Shown here: positions 49,111 through 58,133 of the stretch, piece after piece
Layout: each line of letters starts with the position of its first letter
Position numbering within the stretch: the stretch's first letter is position 1
Position numbers and translations under genes: made by a program
The notes under the pieces: model-generated
The model's database searches: none
What the model saw: the letters and a program-made list of their open reading frames with translations, nothing else
What the model was told of the DNA's origin: nothing
Origin: Halanaerobiales bacterium
GTDB taxonomy: Bacteria > Bacillota > Halanaerobiia > Halanaerobiales > DTU029
Assembly: GCA_025451675.1 (NCBI GenBank)
Contig: JANWJZ010000038.1
Span: forward strand, 3,387 to 67,386
DNA: 64,000 nt
Direction of reading: 5' to 3'

Positions 49111-49147
49111 AAGACCAGGGTTTTTAGCCCTGGTCTTTCTCTCTTTT
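49111..49147. terminator. Bidirectional intrinsic terminator between convergent genes
   Basis: AGACCAGGG (49112-49120), 7-nt loop, CCCTGGTCT (49128-49136). T-rich runs flank it on both strands. It lies between the plus-strand ORF stop and the aminopeptidase stop. Confidence 0.75.
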
Positions 49148-49149
49148 AC

Positions 49150-50262
49150 TTAGATTAAAAACTGGCCATTTTCATAAATCTTCTTACCATCAGCGTAGAT
49201 TACACCGCTATTTTTCATATCACACAGCATATCCCAGTGGATAGTAGATTTATTCTTTCCCCCGGTTTCAGGGTAACTGGCACCGATGGCCAGGTGGATG
49301 GTGCCGCCAATCTTCTCATCAAAGAGCATATTCCGGGAAAATCTGGTGATTCCATAATTACAGCCGATGGCAATCTCTCCTACATATCTGGCTCCTTCAT
49401 CCGTATCCAGGAGAGCCTGGAGTAGTTCTTCACCTTTCGCGGCTGTAGCCTTGACTACCTTGCCCTGTTCAAAAGTTAACCTGATATCCTCTATCTCCCT
49501 GCCCTGAAAGATACCCGGGAAGGAAAAACGGATCTGGCCTTCCACCGAGTCCTCTATAGGGCCGGTAAAGACCTCCCCGCCGGGGTAATTCTCCTTACCC
49601 ATTTCCGGTATCCAGGTACGCCCCTTTACCCGGCAGCGTAAATCAGTATCCTCTGATACGAAATGGAGTTCTTCCACCCCGTTCAGGTAATCTGCTATCT
49701 CCTTCAGCCTCTCTCCAAATTCCAGCCAATATTTTACCGGGTCATCCTTGTCCAGGTGACAGGCCTGGAAGACAAATTCCTCATATTCCTCCAGGGACAT
49801 GCTGGCCTCCTGGGCATCAGCCAGTGTAGGATATTGGCAGATATTCCATTTCAACTCTCCGGCAGCAGCCCGCTCATTGAATATCTCCCTTAACTCAGTA
49901 GCTGCCAGGTTCCTCTTCTTTATCTTTTCCGGATCTACATTTGACAATGCTTTCGTATTATAGCTGCCCAGTATATTCAGCACGGCATCTACATTTTCAT
50001 AGAGATATCTCATAAAAGGAGATTCATAGCTTAGCTGTTCTTCAGAGGCATAATTGAAGAAGATATTATTCTGGCCCTCAAAATTTACCAATACAAGGGG
50101 ATGGGCCCCATTGGTGACAGCTTCCTTATAAACCGCCTTGATTAAGGGTTCACTGAGCATGTTTCCCTGGATGAGAAAGGTATCCCCTTTCTTTATTTCC
50201 AGGCAATAATTGACCAGCACCTTTGCATATTTCTCCAGCATTGGATGAATCATTTTCCCCAC
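49150..50262 (-). CDS. M29-family aminopeptidase (AmpS/PepS-like)
   Basis: 370 aa, LEKYAKVLVNYCLEIKKGD, YPGGEVFTGP, HLAIG.SY, TIHWDM. Confidence 0.82.
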   Translation of the reverse strand: MGKMIHPMLEKYAKVLVNYCLEIKKGDTFLIQGNMLSEPLIKAVYKEAVTNGAHPLVLVNFEGQNNIFFNYASEEQLSYESPFMRYLYENVDAVLNILGSYNTKALSNVDPEKIKKRNLAATELREIFNERAAAGELKWNICQYPTLADAQEASMSLEEYEEFVFQACHLDKDDPVKYWLEFGERLKEIADYLNGVEELHFVSEDTDLRCRVKGRTWIPEMGKENYPGGEVFTGPIEDSVEGQIRFSFPGIFQGREIEDIRLTFEQGKVVKATAAKGEELLQALLDTDEGARYVGEIAIGCNYGITRFSRNMLFDEKIGGTIHLAIGASYPETGGKNKSTIHWDMLCDMKNSGVIYADGKKIYENGQFLI

Positions 50263-50323
50263 TCCTCTTCTATCTGAATTCTTAACTTAATCGAACCCAT
50301 ATCCTTCCTTTTTATAATCTATT

Positions 50324-51271
50324 TCAGCTGATAATCTCCTCAATCCGTTCCAGCACCTCATCGGATAATTCAATATCCACGGCTTTCACATTTTCTTCAA
50401 CCTGTTCCGGCCTGCTGGCTCCAATCAGGGCACTGGTAATACCCGGTTGATGGAGGATCCAGGCCAGAGCCAGCTGGGACAGAGTGGCCCCCAATTCCTC
50501 TGCGATACCAATTAATTTCTCCACTTTCTCCAGGTTTTCCCCGGTTAAAATATCTTTTAAATATGTATTTGATTTCGAGTCTGCCGCCCGGCTGTCTTCC
50601 GGTATGGCCTGCCCCTTCCTATACTTACCGGTCAATAAACCCTGGGCCAGTGGTGAAAAGACTATCAGGCCGATGCCGTTTTCTATGGCTGTGGGTACAA
50701 CATTATCTTCAATATATCTATTAAACATATTATAAATTGGCTGATTGACCACGATACGATCCAGGAGATACCTATCCTGCACCCTTAAACCCTCAACAAT
50801 CTGATAGGCTGTCCATTCACTGACTCCGACATAGAGGACCTTTCCCTGCCTGATCAGGTCATCGATAGCCCGGAGTGTCTCCTCCAGCGGGGTTTCCGGA
50901 TCATAGCGGTGGCAGTAAAAGATATCTATATAATCATGGTTCAATCTCTTTAAACTCTGGTTTACCTGTTCAATGATATGTTTCCTGGAAAGTCCCCGGT
51001 CATTGGGGCCATCACCCATGGGCCAGAAGGCTTTGGTAGCCAGAACATAGGACTCCCGAGGATATCGGTTCAGGGCCTGGCCTACAATTTTTTCTGCCTC
51101 TCCCAGAGCATAGACATTGGCGGTATCAAAGGAGTTGATTCCCAGTTCATAGGCCTTATCAATTATCCTGATAGCCTGCTCCTTATCCACAGAATTGCCA
51201 TATGTAAGCCAACTACCCAGACTGATTTCACTTACCTTTAAACCAGAATTACCCAGCCGTCTATATTTCAT
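50324..51271 (-). CDS. Aldo/keto reductase (YqkF / Kv-beta-like)
   Basis: Start trimmed to MKYRRLGNSGLKVSEISLGSW (ATG 51271). Also FDTANVY, DIFYCHRYD. Confidence 0.85.
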   Translation of the reverse strand: MKYRRLGNSGLKVSEISLGSWLTYGNSVDKEQAIRIIDKAYELGINSFDTANVYALGEAEKIVGQALNRYPRESYVLATKAFWPMGDGPNDRGLSRKHIIEQVNQSLKRLNHDYIDIFYCHRYDPETPLEETLRAIDDLIRQGKVLYVGVSEWTAYQIVEGLRVQDRYLLDRIVVNQPIYNMFNRYIEDNVVPTAIENGIGLIVFSPLAQGLLTGKYRKGQAIPEDSRAADSKSNTYLKDILTGENLEKVEKLIGIAEELGATLSQLALAWILHQPGITSALIGASRPEQVEENVKAVDIELSDEVLERIEEIIS

Positions 51272-51317
51272 GCTATCAACCCCTTTATTGGTATTTGTTA
51301 CTATTAGTATACTCCAA

Positions 51318-51923
51318 TTAAAGGACAAAAGCAATCAGGACCCGGAGTAAAAAGGGGCTGAGATAAGTCTCCAGCAGGGAAGCCAGCAATAAGATGACTG
51401 CCAGGATAGCCATCTCCAGTGTATAAACAACCAGATCCTCCAGTTCCATCTTATTCCTTCCCCGGTAATACCTATATATATTGATGCTAAGATAAATAGC
51501 CATAACACTGGAAACAAGGTAGACCGGTATAATGACCAGGTTTTGGGGAAAAATAGCCGCCAGGCTCATCAAAATACCCTTAAAGCTGTACTCACTGACC
51601 AGAAAACCGACGGTAAAACCCAATAAAAAACCCTTGAAAAAAAGCAGTACTATAATCAAGGGCATCAAGATCATCGAGAGGCCAAAGGACCAGATAACAA
51701 AGATATTAAATAGATTAAATTTGATACTATCAATAAGCAGGGACTTCTGCTCATATTCTATATCAGTAAAACCCTCCAGAAAACTGTTAAAATAAAAAAA
51801 AAGATCCTGGCGCAGCCCGTAATCTACAGTTTTTACGGCAATAGCACCGAAACTGATTCCCAGTATAAAGATGATAGTAACAAAAGTAAAGGCAGGCAAA
51901 CGCTCCTGAATGTACCTGTTCAT
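51318..51923 (-). CDS. spoIIM: Stage II sporulation protein M
   Basis: 201 aa polytopic membrane protein, IFPQNLVIIPVYL.. motif region typical of SpoIIM. Confidence 0.75.
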   Translation of the reverse strand: MNRYIQERLPAFTFVTIIFILGISFGAIAVKTVDYGLRQDLFFYFNSFLEGFTDIEYEQKSLLIDSIKFNLFNIFVIWSFGLSMILMPLIIVLLFFKGFLLGFTVGFLVSEYSFKGILMSLAAIFPQNLVIIPVYLVSSVMAIYLSINIYRYYRGRNKMELEDLVVYTLEMAILAVILLLASLLETYLSPFLLRVLIAFVL

Positions 51924-52009
51924 CTTCTTCCCCCTGCATAAAGATACTCTCTTTACAAAATAGCTATCTCCATTAAATAACTATGCAGGAGGGGGACAGG
52001 ATATAACCT

Positions 52010-52699
52010 TTATTCCAATTCTAAAAATCCCTGGTTAATAATCAACTGGCAGATATACTGGGCAGCCTGGATATCCTCCATGGAATTGGAACTTGCTGCC
52101 ACTACGGATATGCCGCATTTCAACCTGTTCGCACTCTCAATAGCCCTTCGGGCCGCATCCTCTGCAGCCTGGTTTCCGGTCTTCTGATTGGTCCTGGCCA
52201 CTGTCCCGGTAATGACCTCCGGAGCTCCGTAGTTATAGGCAGCATCAAAGGCTGTACCGCCGGATGGACTGACTATTATCAGCACTTTCCCTGCAAAATC
52301 TGTTAGATTAACGACTTCTCTCCCTATATTGGGCACGACCTCAATTAGTTCTGCCCCTGCCCTGTCTATACCCCGTATGACCTGTTGTATCTCGTTAAGG
52401 CGTTCATTTTCCTCATTAATCAGGCGTGGTTCAGCAGCAATGATTACACCGGTTTCATGTTTCAGGGCCTTCTTCCCGCCATAATAACCGATCTTCTCCG
52501 GGTTCACAGTAACAGGCACCTGGTGATGATCCGGGCTTGCTCCAAGTACAGCAACTGCCCCGGCCTCCAGGGCTGCTTCAGCAGTAGTTGACATATCGAT
52601 TACATCCACAATCACTACAACATCACCCATCCGGCCAGCAGCAGCTGCACCGGATGCATTATAGGTTGTACTCAGAGTCTTAGCCCACAACTTTACCAT
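52010..52699 (-). CDS. Hypothetical protein, distant 2-phosphosulfolactate phosphatase (ComB)-like pattern
   Basis: Start set to ATG 52699 (MVKLWAKTL...), with GGAGGTG 6 nt upstream inside the EndoQ C-terminal codons. VVVIVDVIDMSTTAEAALEAGA and ...SMEDIQAAQYI resemble the ComB DV.R..T...AL..GA and ED..CA blocks. This is a weak, by-eye call. Confidence 0.3.
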   Translation of the reverse strand: MVKLWAKTLSTTYNASGAAAAGRMGDVVVIVDVIDMSTTAEAALEAGAVAVLGASPDHHQVPVTVNPEKIGYYGGKKALKHETGVIIAAEPRLINEENERLNEIQQVIRGIDRAGAELIEVVPNIGREVVNLTDFAGKVLIIVSPSGGTAFDAAYNYGAPEVITGTVARTNQKTGNQAAEDAARRAIESANRLKCGISVVAASSNSMEDIQAAQYICQLIINQGFLELE

Positions 52700-53861
52700 A
52701 ATGGCCACCTCCACCATCTTCAATCTTCAAATTTCCAGTCCTGGCTTTAATAATCCTCTCCGCAATTTTATCATTAAGCAACTCTCGCAATTCCCCTTCA
52801 CTGGCCTGGTGAAGTACATCCATCTCCGTACCGAAGTTTTCCAGAAGAACCTGAAAGGTCTTCTTCCCGATACCGGGAATATCCCGCAAGGGGATCTGAT
52901 GGATATATTCCGGCCGGTGGGCCGGTGAGATGGATTCAGAAAGAGAGCTGATCTGCATAATCCGGTCTTTCACCCCAATAACTATATCTTCCTTACCACA
53001 AACTGAACACTTTAATACAGAATATTCCAGAGGAAATGTTTTATTACAGTTTTCACAATAAGAACGATGATATTTACCCAGAGCCGGATCAAGGCCGTAA
53101 TTTTTCAGGACCCTTCTCCCCTCTTTCCGCCATAAGGCCAATTCCAGTTCCTTAAAATTCAGCTCCTTAAGCCTGAGCAGATTATACTCCCTGGCTATCT
53201 TTTCCAGAGAATGGGCATCAGAATTACTGATAAAGGTTTTCTCAGCCAGTTCAGGAATGAAATCAGCCATATAAGAATCGGCACTCAGTCCCAGTTCAAT
53301 GGCCGGAATCCTGGTCCACTCTTCGTCTGTAAAGAGTTCCCGGTAGCTCTCGAAACAGCGCCCATAAAAACTCTTGAAGGGTGTAAAAACATGGGCAGGT
53401 ACGAAGATACCGCCATGGGCTTCCACCAGTTGAAAGATTTCCCTTCCAGTCAAACCGGTAGACTGGGAACTTAGATTAATATTAGTTATATAATCCTTCA
53501 GCACCTGACTGAATTCCCGGAGATTCCGCAGGTAGGGGAAATAGGCCAGATAATGGGCCTGCCCGCCATTCTCTTCCCTGCTCTCCAGTTCCACCCCGGG
53601 GATAATTACCAGTTCACCATAGGCAATCCCTCCATCAGGCACTTCCGCCATCTCTCCCTTTTCCAGGAGAGCTTCCATATCTTCCAGTACTACCGGCGAA
53701 GCACAGTCTATAATGCCGATCATGTCCAGGCCTTTATTATAAAGGGATTCCTTCAGGATATTTTCGAAATTCAATTTCCTGGAGGCTGTTATCTTCACCG
53801 GATCTCCCTTGCTGCCTGCCCCAATGTGGATATGTAAGTCTGCAAAAACCTCTTTAAACAT
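52680..53861 (-). CDS. Endonuclease Q family protein (PHP domain plus Zn ribbon; TIGR00375-like)
   Basis: 393 aa, FADLHIHIG, PAHVFTPFKSFYG, ELGLSADSYMAD, SNSDAHS, GLDPALGKYH, C..C...C..C, GVKDRI, GGGGHYGKV. The block order is the same as I recall for Pyrococcus EndoQ. Confidence 0.82.
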   Translation of the reverse strand: MFKEVFADLHIHIGAGSKGDPVKITASRKLNFENILKESLYNKGLDMIGIIDCASPVVLEDMEALLEKGEMAEVPDGGIAYGELVIIPGVELESREENGGQAHYLAYFPYLRNLREFSQVLKDYITNINLSSQSTGLTGREIFQLVEAHGGIFVPAHVFTPFKSFYGRCFESYRELFTDEEWTRIPAIELGLSADSYMADFIPELAEKTFISNSDAHSLEKIAREYNLLRLKELNFKELELALWRKEGRRVLKNYGLDPALGKYHRSYCENCNKTFPLEYSVLKCSVCGKEDIVIGVKDRIMQISSLSESISPAHRPEYIHQIPLRDIPGIGKKTFQVLLENFGTEMDVLHQASEGELRELLNDKIAERIIKARTGNLKIEDGGGGHYGKVVG

Positions 53862-54399
53862 AGCAATCCCCGTTCAGATAATATAAGAGCCCGATAATAG
53901 TCTTGCTATCTTTTATTTTCCCACTTTTGATCATATCCAGTATTTCCTCTTTCCCGATCTGGTGCAGGATTATATTTTCATCCTCATCAGTCTGGCCGCC
54001 AACCTCCCTTAAATCAGTAGCCAGAAAGAGATGCAAAACCTCATTACAGAAACCGGGTGTGGTATAAAAAGAGAAAAGATAATCCATCCTACCTGCCGCA
54101 AAACCTGTCTCTTCCATTAACTCTCTCCTGGCACAGGCAATGGGTTCTTCCCCTTTTTCCAGTTTCCCCGCCGGCAGCTCAAGCAGGCTTTCCTCTGCCG
54201 GTTTCCGGTACTGCTCGACCAAAAGTATATTTCCATCATCCTTAACAGCGATAACGGTTACTCCCCCGGAATGTTCCACAATCTCCCGGCCGGACCTCTT
54301 CCCATCCGGCAGCTGAACCAGGTCATACCTTACCTTTATAATTTCTCCCGCATATATCTCCTTTGACTCAATGGTTTTTTCTTCCAGATCCATTGCCAT
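53854..54399 (-). CDS. nudF: ADP-ribose pyrophosphatase (Nudix hydrolase NudF-like)
   Basis: 181 aa, Nudix box GKLEKGEEPIACARRELMEETGF. 8-nt overlap with the EndoQ start. Confidence 0.82.
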   Translation of the reverse strand: MAMDLEEKTIESKEIYAGEIIKVRYDLVQLPDGKRSGREIVEHSGGVTVIAVKDDGNILLVEQYRKPAEESLLELPAGKLEKGEEPIACARRELMEETGFAAGRMDYLFSFYTTPGFCNEVLHLFLATDLREVGGQTDEDENIILHQIGKEEILDMIKSGKIKDSKTIIGLLYYLNGDCYV

Positions 54400-54431
54400 A
54401 TTCCTCCTCGTTCTCCTGTACTGTGTATACT

Positions 54432-55541
54432 CTATAATTTATATACCGCCAGGCCGGCAGTGATAAAAAAAAGCGGATCATCTTTAATGCTGCGTCCCAT
54501 ACTGTGAAAGGGAAAAGATGAACACTCCAGGATTTCCTTTATCTCCTCTACAGGATAGAAAGCCAGCTTATGCCTTTCTTCCAGATTATATTCAGCAAGC
54601 ATTTTTCGTATATAATCATTTTCCGGGAAAACCACTTCCACCGGTTCTGTAATCAATTCTGTCAAAAGGGTAATGGTATGATGGCTTATGCCGTAATGTC
54701 GCTTTCTTCTATCGGCAAAACTTATCCTGGGGACAAGGATACTCCTCCCCTTTAATACCCTTACTGCCTTCTCAATAAAGGCCAGCTCCACTCCACTGAA
54801 ACCATATTTAGTGGAGGTCCCTACTATACCAGGGCCCATGCCCACTACAATAAGGTCAGCAGCCAGCACTTCAGCAGCCGTAGCCAGGGCAGTAAAGATA
54901 TTAACAGTTTCATAATCACCACCAAAGGCATTGCCATAGGTAATGGTGGCCTCCAGGAAACCCTCCTGAACCAGTTCCCGGACCAGATTACTGAAATCCA
55001 GGGCCAGACAGGCACCATCAGTCATGATATAGACAAGCCTTTTTCCCGGATAAAGGCTTTTATAGGCAATGGCCAGTGGTGCGAGTAAACTATGTAAGGG
55101 GATTAAGATTACCGGTTTTCCTTCCAGGCTCTCAAAATCCCTGATCAAAGCATGGTAGGGGCTATCCTCTTCTTCAACAGCCAGGGTCCTGAACTGTAAT
55201 GGTGTATACCTCAATTTCATGATATGCCCCGCTGATCTGGAATGGTTATCCAGGGCGGATTTATCCTCTCTATCAGGAAGAAAACCTTCCGGCATATCTT
55301 TCCGGCCGCCCAGATTCAAATAAACAAAATGATAGCCGCCGGTACCCAGTCCCAGCCGGACAGCAGTAGTATTGAGGATAACCGTATCACCCTCCTTAAC
55401 CCTACCGGTGAGATAATTGTAATTGACCGCCCGGGTGGCCTCCTCTCCCGGAATCTTTACCCTGATAAAACTGATTCCAGGATGCTCCTGGAAAACCTCA
55501 ATTACTTTTCCCACTGCCAGCGTTGGCTCGTTCATCTTCAA
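54432..55541 (-). CDS. Conserved hypothetical protein (I recall this as DUF3866)
   Basis: 369 aa, N-terminal beta-barrel-like VGKVIEV...VILNTTAVRLGLGTGGYHFV, then a Rossmann-like C-terminal half. 4-nt overlap (ATGA) with the upstream M20 gene. Confidence 0.5.
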   Translation of the reverse strand: MKMNEPTLAVGKVIEVFQEHPGISFIRVKIPGEEATRAVNYNYLTGRVKEGDTVILNTTAVRLGLGTGGYHFVYLNLGGRKDMPEGFLPDREDKSALDNHSRSAGHIMKLRYTPLQFRTLAVEEEDSPYHALIRDFESLEGKPVILIPLHSLLAPLAIAYKSLYPGKRLVYIMTDGACLALDFSNLVRELVQEGFLEATITYGNAFGGDYETVNIFTALATAAEVLAADLIVVGMGPGIVGTSTKYGFSGVELAFIEKAVRVLKGRSILVPRISFADRRKRHYGISHHTITLLTELITEPVEVVFPENDYIRKMLAEYNLEERHKLAFYPVEEIKEILECSSFPFHSMGRSIKDDPLFFITAGLAVYKL

Positions 55542-56695
55542 CTATCCTTTTTCGTCAATATTTTCAGAACCAGAAGTACCATTAACTCCAGATTGGCTAT
55601 CTTTACCCTTTCCTCCCGGGAATGGACATTCTCCATCCCTACACCCAGATTCAGGGTAGTTAAACCCAGCCCGTTGAAGATATTGGCATCACTGCCACCA
55701 CCGCTTTTCACGAATTTACTCTCTACACCTATCTCCTCATTTATCTTTTCAGTGAACTTAATTATATCATCTTCTGTGGAAATTGCAAATCCATCATAAA
55801 GTTTTTGAAAATCACAGCTGACATTCACCTGGTATTTCCTGCTGACCTCTTCGATTATCTTCATCATCTCTTCCTGATAGGCCGTAATCTTCTCTGGAGA
55901 ATGGCTGCGAACCTCTCCCTCCAGTTCCACCAGGTCCGGTACAATATTTGTAGCCATACCGCCTTTTATAACACCAATATTGGCAGTAGTCTCTTCATCA
56001 ATACGACCGGTTTTCAATCTGGAGATGATGGCACTGGCCATCTTGATGGCATTTATCCCCCGCTCGGGTTCCATCCCGGCATGGGCAGCCCGGCCCCTGA
56101 TCTCCATATTATATTTTATCTGGGCAGGCCCCTGATTTATGATGGTCCCTATCTCTCCATCCCCATCCAGGACAAAGCCGTATTTCAGCCCACTCAGCTC
56201 CTCCGGGTCCAGGTTTTTCGCACCCAGTAAACCTATCTCTTCGGCCACAGAAAAGATAACCTTAAAGGGACGGTGCTCCAGCTGATTTTCCTTAAGAATC
56301 CGGATTGCCTCCATGATAGCCGTCACACCGATAAGGTCATCACCGGCCAGGACGGTATCCCCGCTGCTTTCAATATATTCCCCTTTAATGACCGGCTTTA
56401 TACCCTTACCCGGCTCAACCCGGTCCAGATGGGCAGAAAGCAGGACCGCTGCCTGGGTTTCATCTCCCGGTACTGAAATAATCAGGTTGCCGGCATTCCC
56501 GTCAATCTTTTCAGCTGTTTCGTCTTCCTTGATATCCAGGCCAAGGGTACCGGCCAGTTCTATTATCCTATCGGCCAGCATCCTCTCCTCCCGAGGAATG
56601 CTGTCAATCTGTACCAGTTCCAGAAAGAGTTCTACTGTCTTTTCTCTATTGATTAGTTCCTTCAATTTATCATGCTGCATAGTTAATCCCACCAT
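55538..56695 (-). CDS. M20/M25/M40-family metallohydrolase (peptidase T / YqjE-like)
   Basis: 385 aa, SAHLDRV, VAEEIGLLGA, GGSDAN. The start may be the internal MQHDK at 56680. Confidence 0.8.
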   Translation of the reverse strand: MVGLTMQHDKLKELINREKTVELFLELVQIDSIPREERMLADRIIELAGTLGLDIKEDETAEKIDGNAGNLIISVPGDETQAAVLLSAHLDRVEPGKGIKPVIKGEYIESSGDTVLAGDDLIGVTAIMEAIRILKENQLEHRPFKVIFSVAEEIGLLGAKNLDPEELSGLKYGFVLDGDGEIGTIINQGPAQIKYNMEIRGRAAHAGMEPERGINAIKMASAIISRLKTGRIDEETTANIGVIKGGMATNIVPDLVELEGEVRSHSPEKITAYQEEMMKIIEEVSRKYQVNVSCDFQKLYDGFAISTEDDIIKFTEKINEEIGVESKFVKSGGGSDANIFNGLGLTTLNLGVGMENVHSREERVKIANLELMVLLVLKILTKKDS

Positions 56696-56794
56696 TTCTT
56701 ATCTATAATTTCATTTCACTAGATATTATCTTCAAGAAAATTTTTATAATTCCTTCTTCAGGCGGTTATACTTTTCCCCTAATATTTCCTATAG

Positions 56795-56829
56795 AATAAC
56801 AAAAGCCAGGTAATTACTCCAATTACCTG
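56795..56829 (-). terminator. Intrinsic terminator after the oxidoreductase operon
   Basis: Minus strand CAGGTAATT, 5-nt loop, AATTACCTG, then GCTTTTGTTATT. Confidence 0.7.
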
Positions 56830-56862
56830 ACTTATATTACAGATTCCTTTTCTTTTCTCCTC

Positions 56863-57396
56863 TTAAATATTGGCACCCAGTTCCAGTGCCCTGTAATTAA
56901 GAGCCAGAAGCCTTTCCCCCTTCTTCCCGATAAACTCCCGGAGGCTTTCCCTGATGCTGTCCATCTTGAGGAATCTATTCCTGGCCAGATAGGCTCCCAG
57001 TAAAACCATATTGGCCGCCCTTTCCTCTCCAATCTCCCTGGCCAGCCTGTTTGCCGGCACCGTGATTAGCTCCCGTTGAACAATTTTATCCAGCCCCTTC
57101 CTGACCAGGCAGGAATTCACGAAAATCCGGCCCCCCTTTTTGACAGCAGGGGCAAATCTCTCCAGGGAAGGTTGGTTCATAATGATAACTGTATCCGGAT
57201 GGGCAGCAACAGGTGAACCGATTTTTTCATCAGCTATGGTAACTATACAATTGGCGGTACCGCCCCGCATCTCCGGCCCATAGGAGGGAATCATGGAAAC
57301 CAGGTATCCCTCCTGCATGGCAGTATAGGCAAGCAATTTACCCAGGAGCATTATCCCCTGGCCACCAAAACCGGCAATGAGTATACTTTCTTTCAT
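56863..57396 (-). CDS. 2-oxoacid:ferredoxin oxidoreductase, gamma subunit
   Basis: 177 aa, ILIAGFGGQGIMLLGKLLA, SYGPEMRGG. Confidence 0.88.
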   Translation of the reverse strand: MKESILIAGFGGQGIMLLGKLLAYTAMQEGYLVSMIPSYGPEMRGGTANCIVTIADEKIGSPVAAHPDTVIIMNQPSLERFAPAVKKGGRIFVNSCLVRKGLDKIVQRELITVPANRLAREIGEERAANMVLLGAYLARNRFLKMDSIRESLREFIGKKGERLLALNYRALELGANI

Positions 57397-58133
57397 TTCT
57401 CCAGCCTCCTGTAAACCCCTTTCGGATATACCTTGAGCATCTCATCCCTGACAAATTCCAGAGCTTTCAGTGGAGTCATCCCCCAATTGGTGGGGCAGGC
57501 CGCCAGAATCTCCACCAGGGAGAAACCCCTCCCGGCCAGCTGGTATTCAAAGGCAGTCTTAATCGCCCGTTTTCCTTCCACAATATGTGCCGGATCATGA
57601 AGGGAAACCCTGGCCAAATAGGCAACCCCCTCCACAGTACTCAATAACTCCGCTATCTTAAGGGGAAAACCGGTCTCTGAACTGCTGCGTCCCGCCGGAC
57701 TGGTACTGGTCCTCTGCCCGGGAAGGGTGGTCGGGGCCATCTGCCCTCCGGTCATACCATAGATAGCATTATTGATAAAGATAACCGTAATTTTTTCCCC
57801 CCTATTGGCAGCATGGATTAACTCCGCCAGGCCAATGGAAGCCAGGTCCCCATCCCCCTGATAGGTGAAAACCACCTTATCGGGATGGACCCTCTTGATC
57901 CCCGTGGCCACTGCCGGAGCCCGCCCATGGGCTGCCTGCTGCATGTCACAATTGAAATATTCATAGGCCAGGACTGAACAGCCTACAGAGGCAACCCCTA
58001 TGGCCTCCTCCCTTATCTCCAGCTCGTCCAGGACTTCCGCTATAAGGCGGTGGGCCAGGCCGTGGGTACAACCGGGACAATAGTGAAACTCCTTCTCCTT
58101 CAGGCTTACCGGATATCCCTTAATCAGGCGCAA
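57393..58133 (-). CDS. 2-oxoacid:ferredoxin oxidoreductase, beta (TPP-binding) subunit
   Basis: 246 aa, YCPGCTHG, GDGD..SIG, INNAIYGMTGGQ. Confidence 0.9.
   Translation of the reverse strand: MRLIKGYPVSLKEKEFHYCPGCTHGLAHRLIAEVLDELEIREEAIGVASVGCSVLAYEYFNCDMQQAAHGRAPAVATGIKRVHPDKVVFTYQGDGDLASIGLAELIHAANRGEKITVIFINNAIYGMTGGQMAPTTLPGQRTSTSPAGRSSSETGFPLKIAELLSTVEGVAYLARVSLHDPAHIVEGKRAIKTAFEYQLAGRGFSLVEILAACPTNWGMTPLKALEFVRDEMLKVYPKGVYRRLEK

Noticed and set aside
56832-57032. Same-strand out-of-frame short ORFs (56832..57032, 22863..23045, 26891..27100, 34236..34430, 34497..34679, 37919..38101, 45433..45618, 51335..51517, 61248..61469, 61557..61787, 63677..63880, 6101..6289)
   Set aside because: They are embedded in alternative frames of strongly supported genes and have no independent signals.
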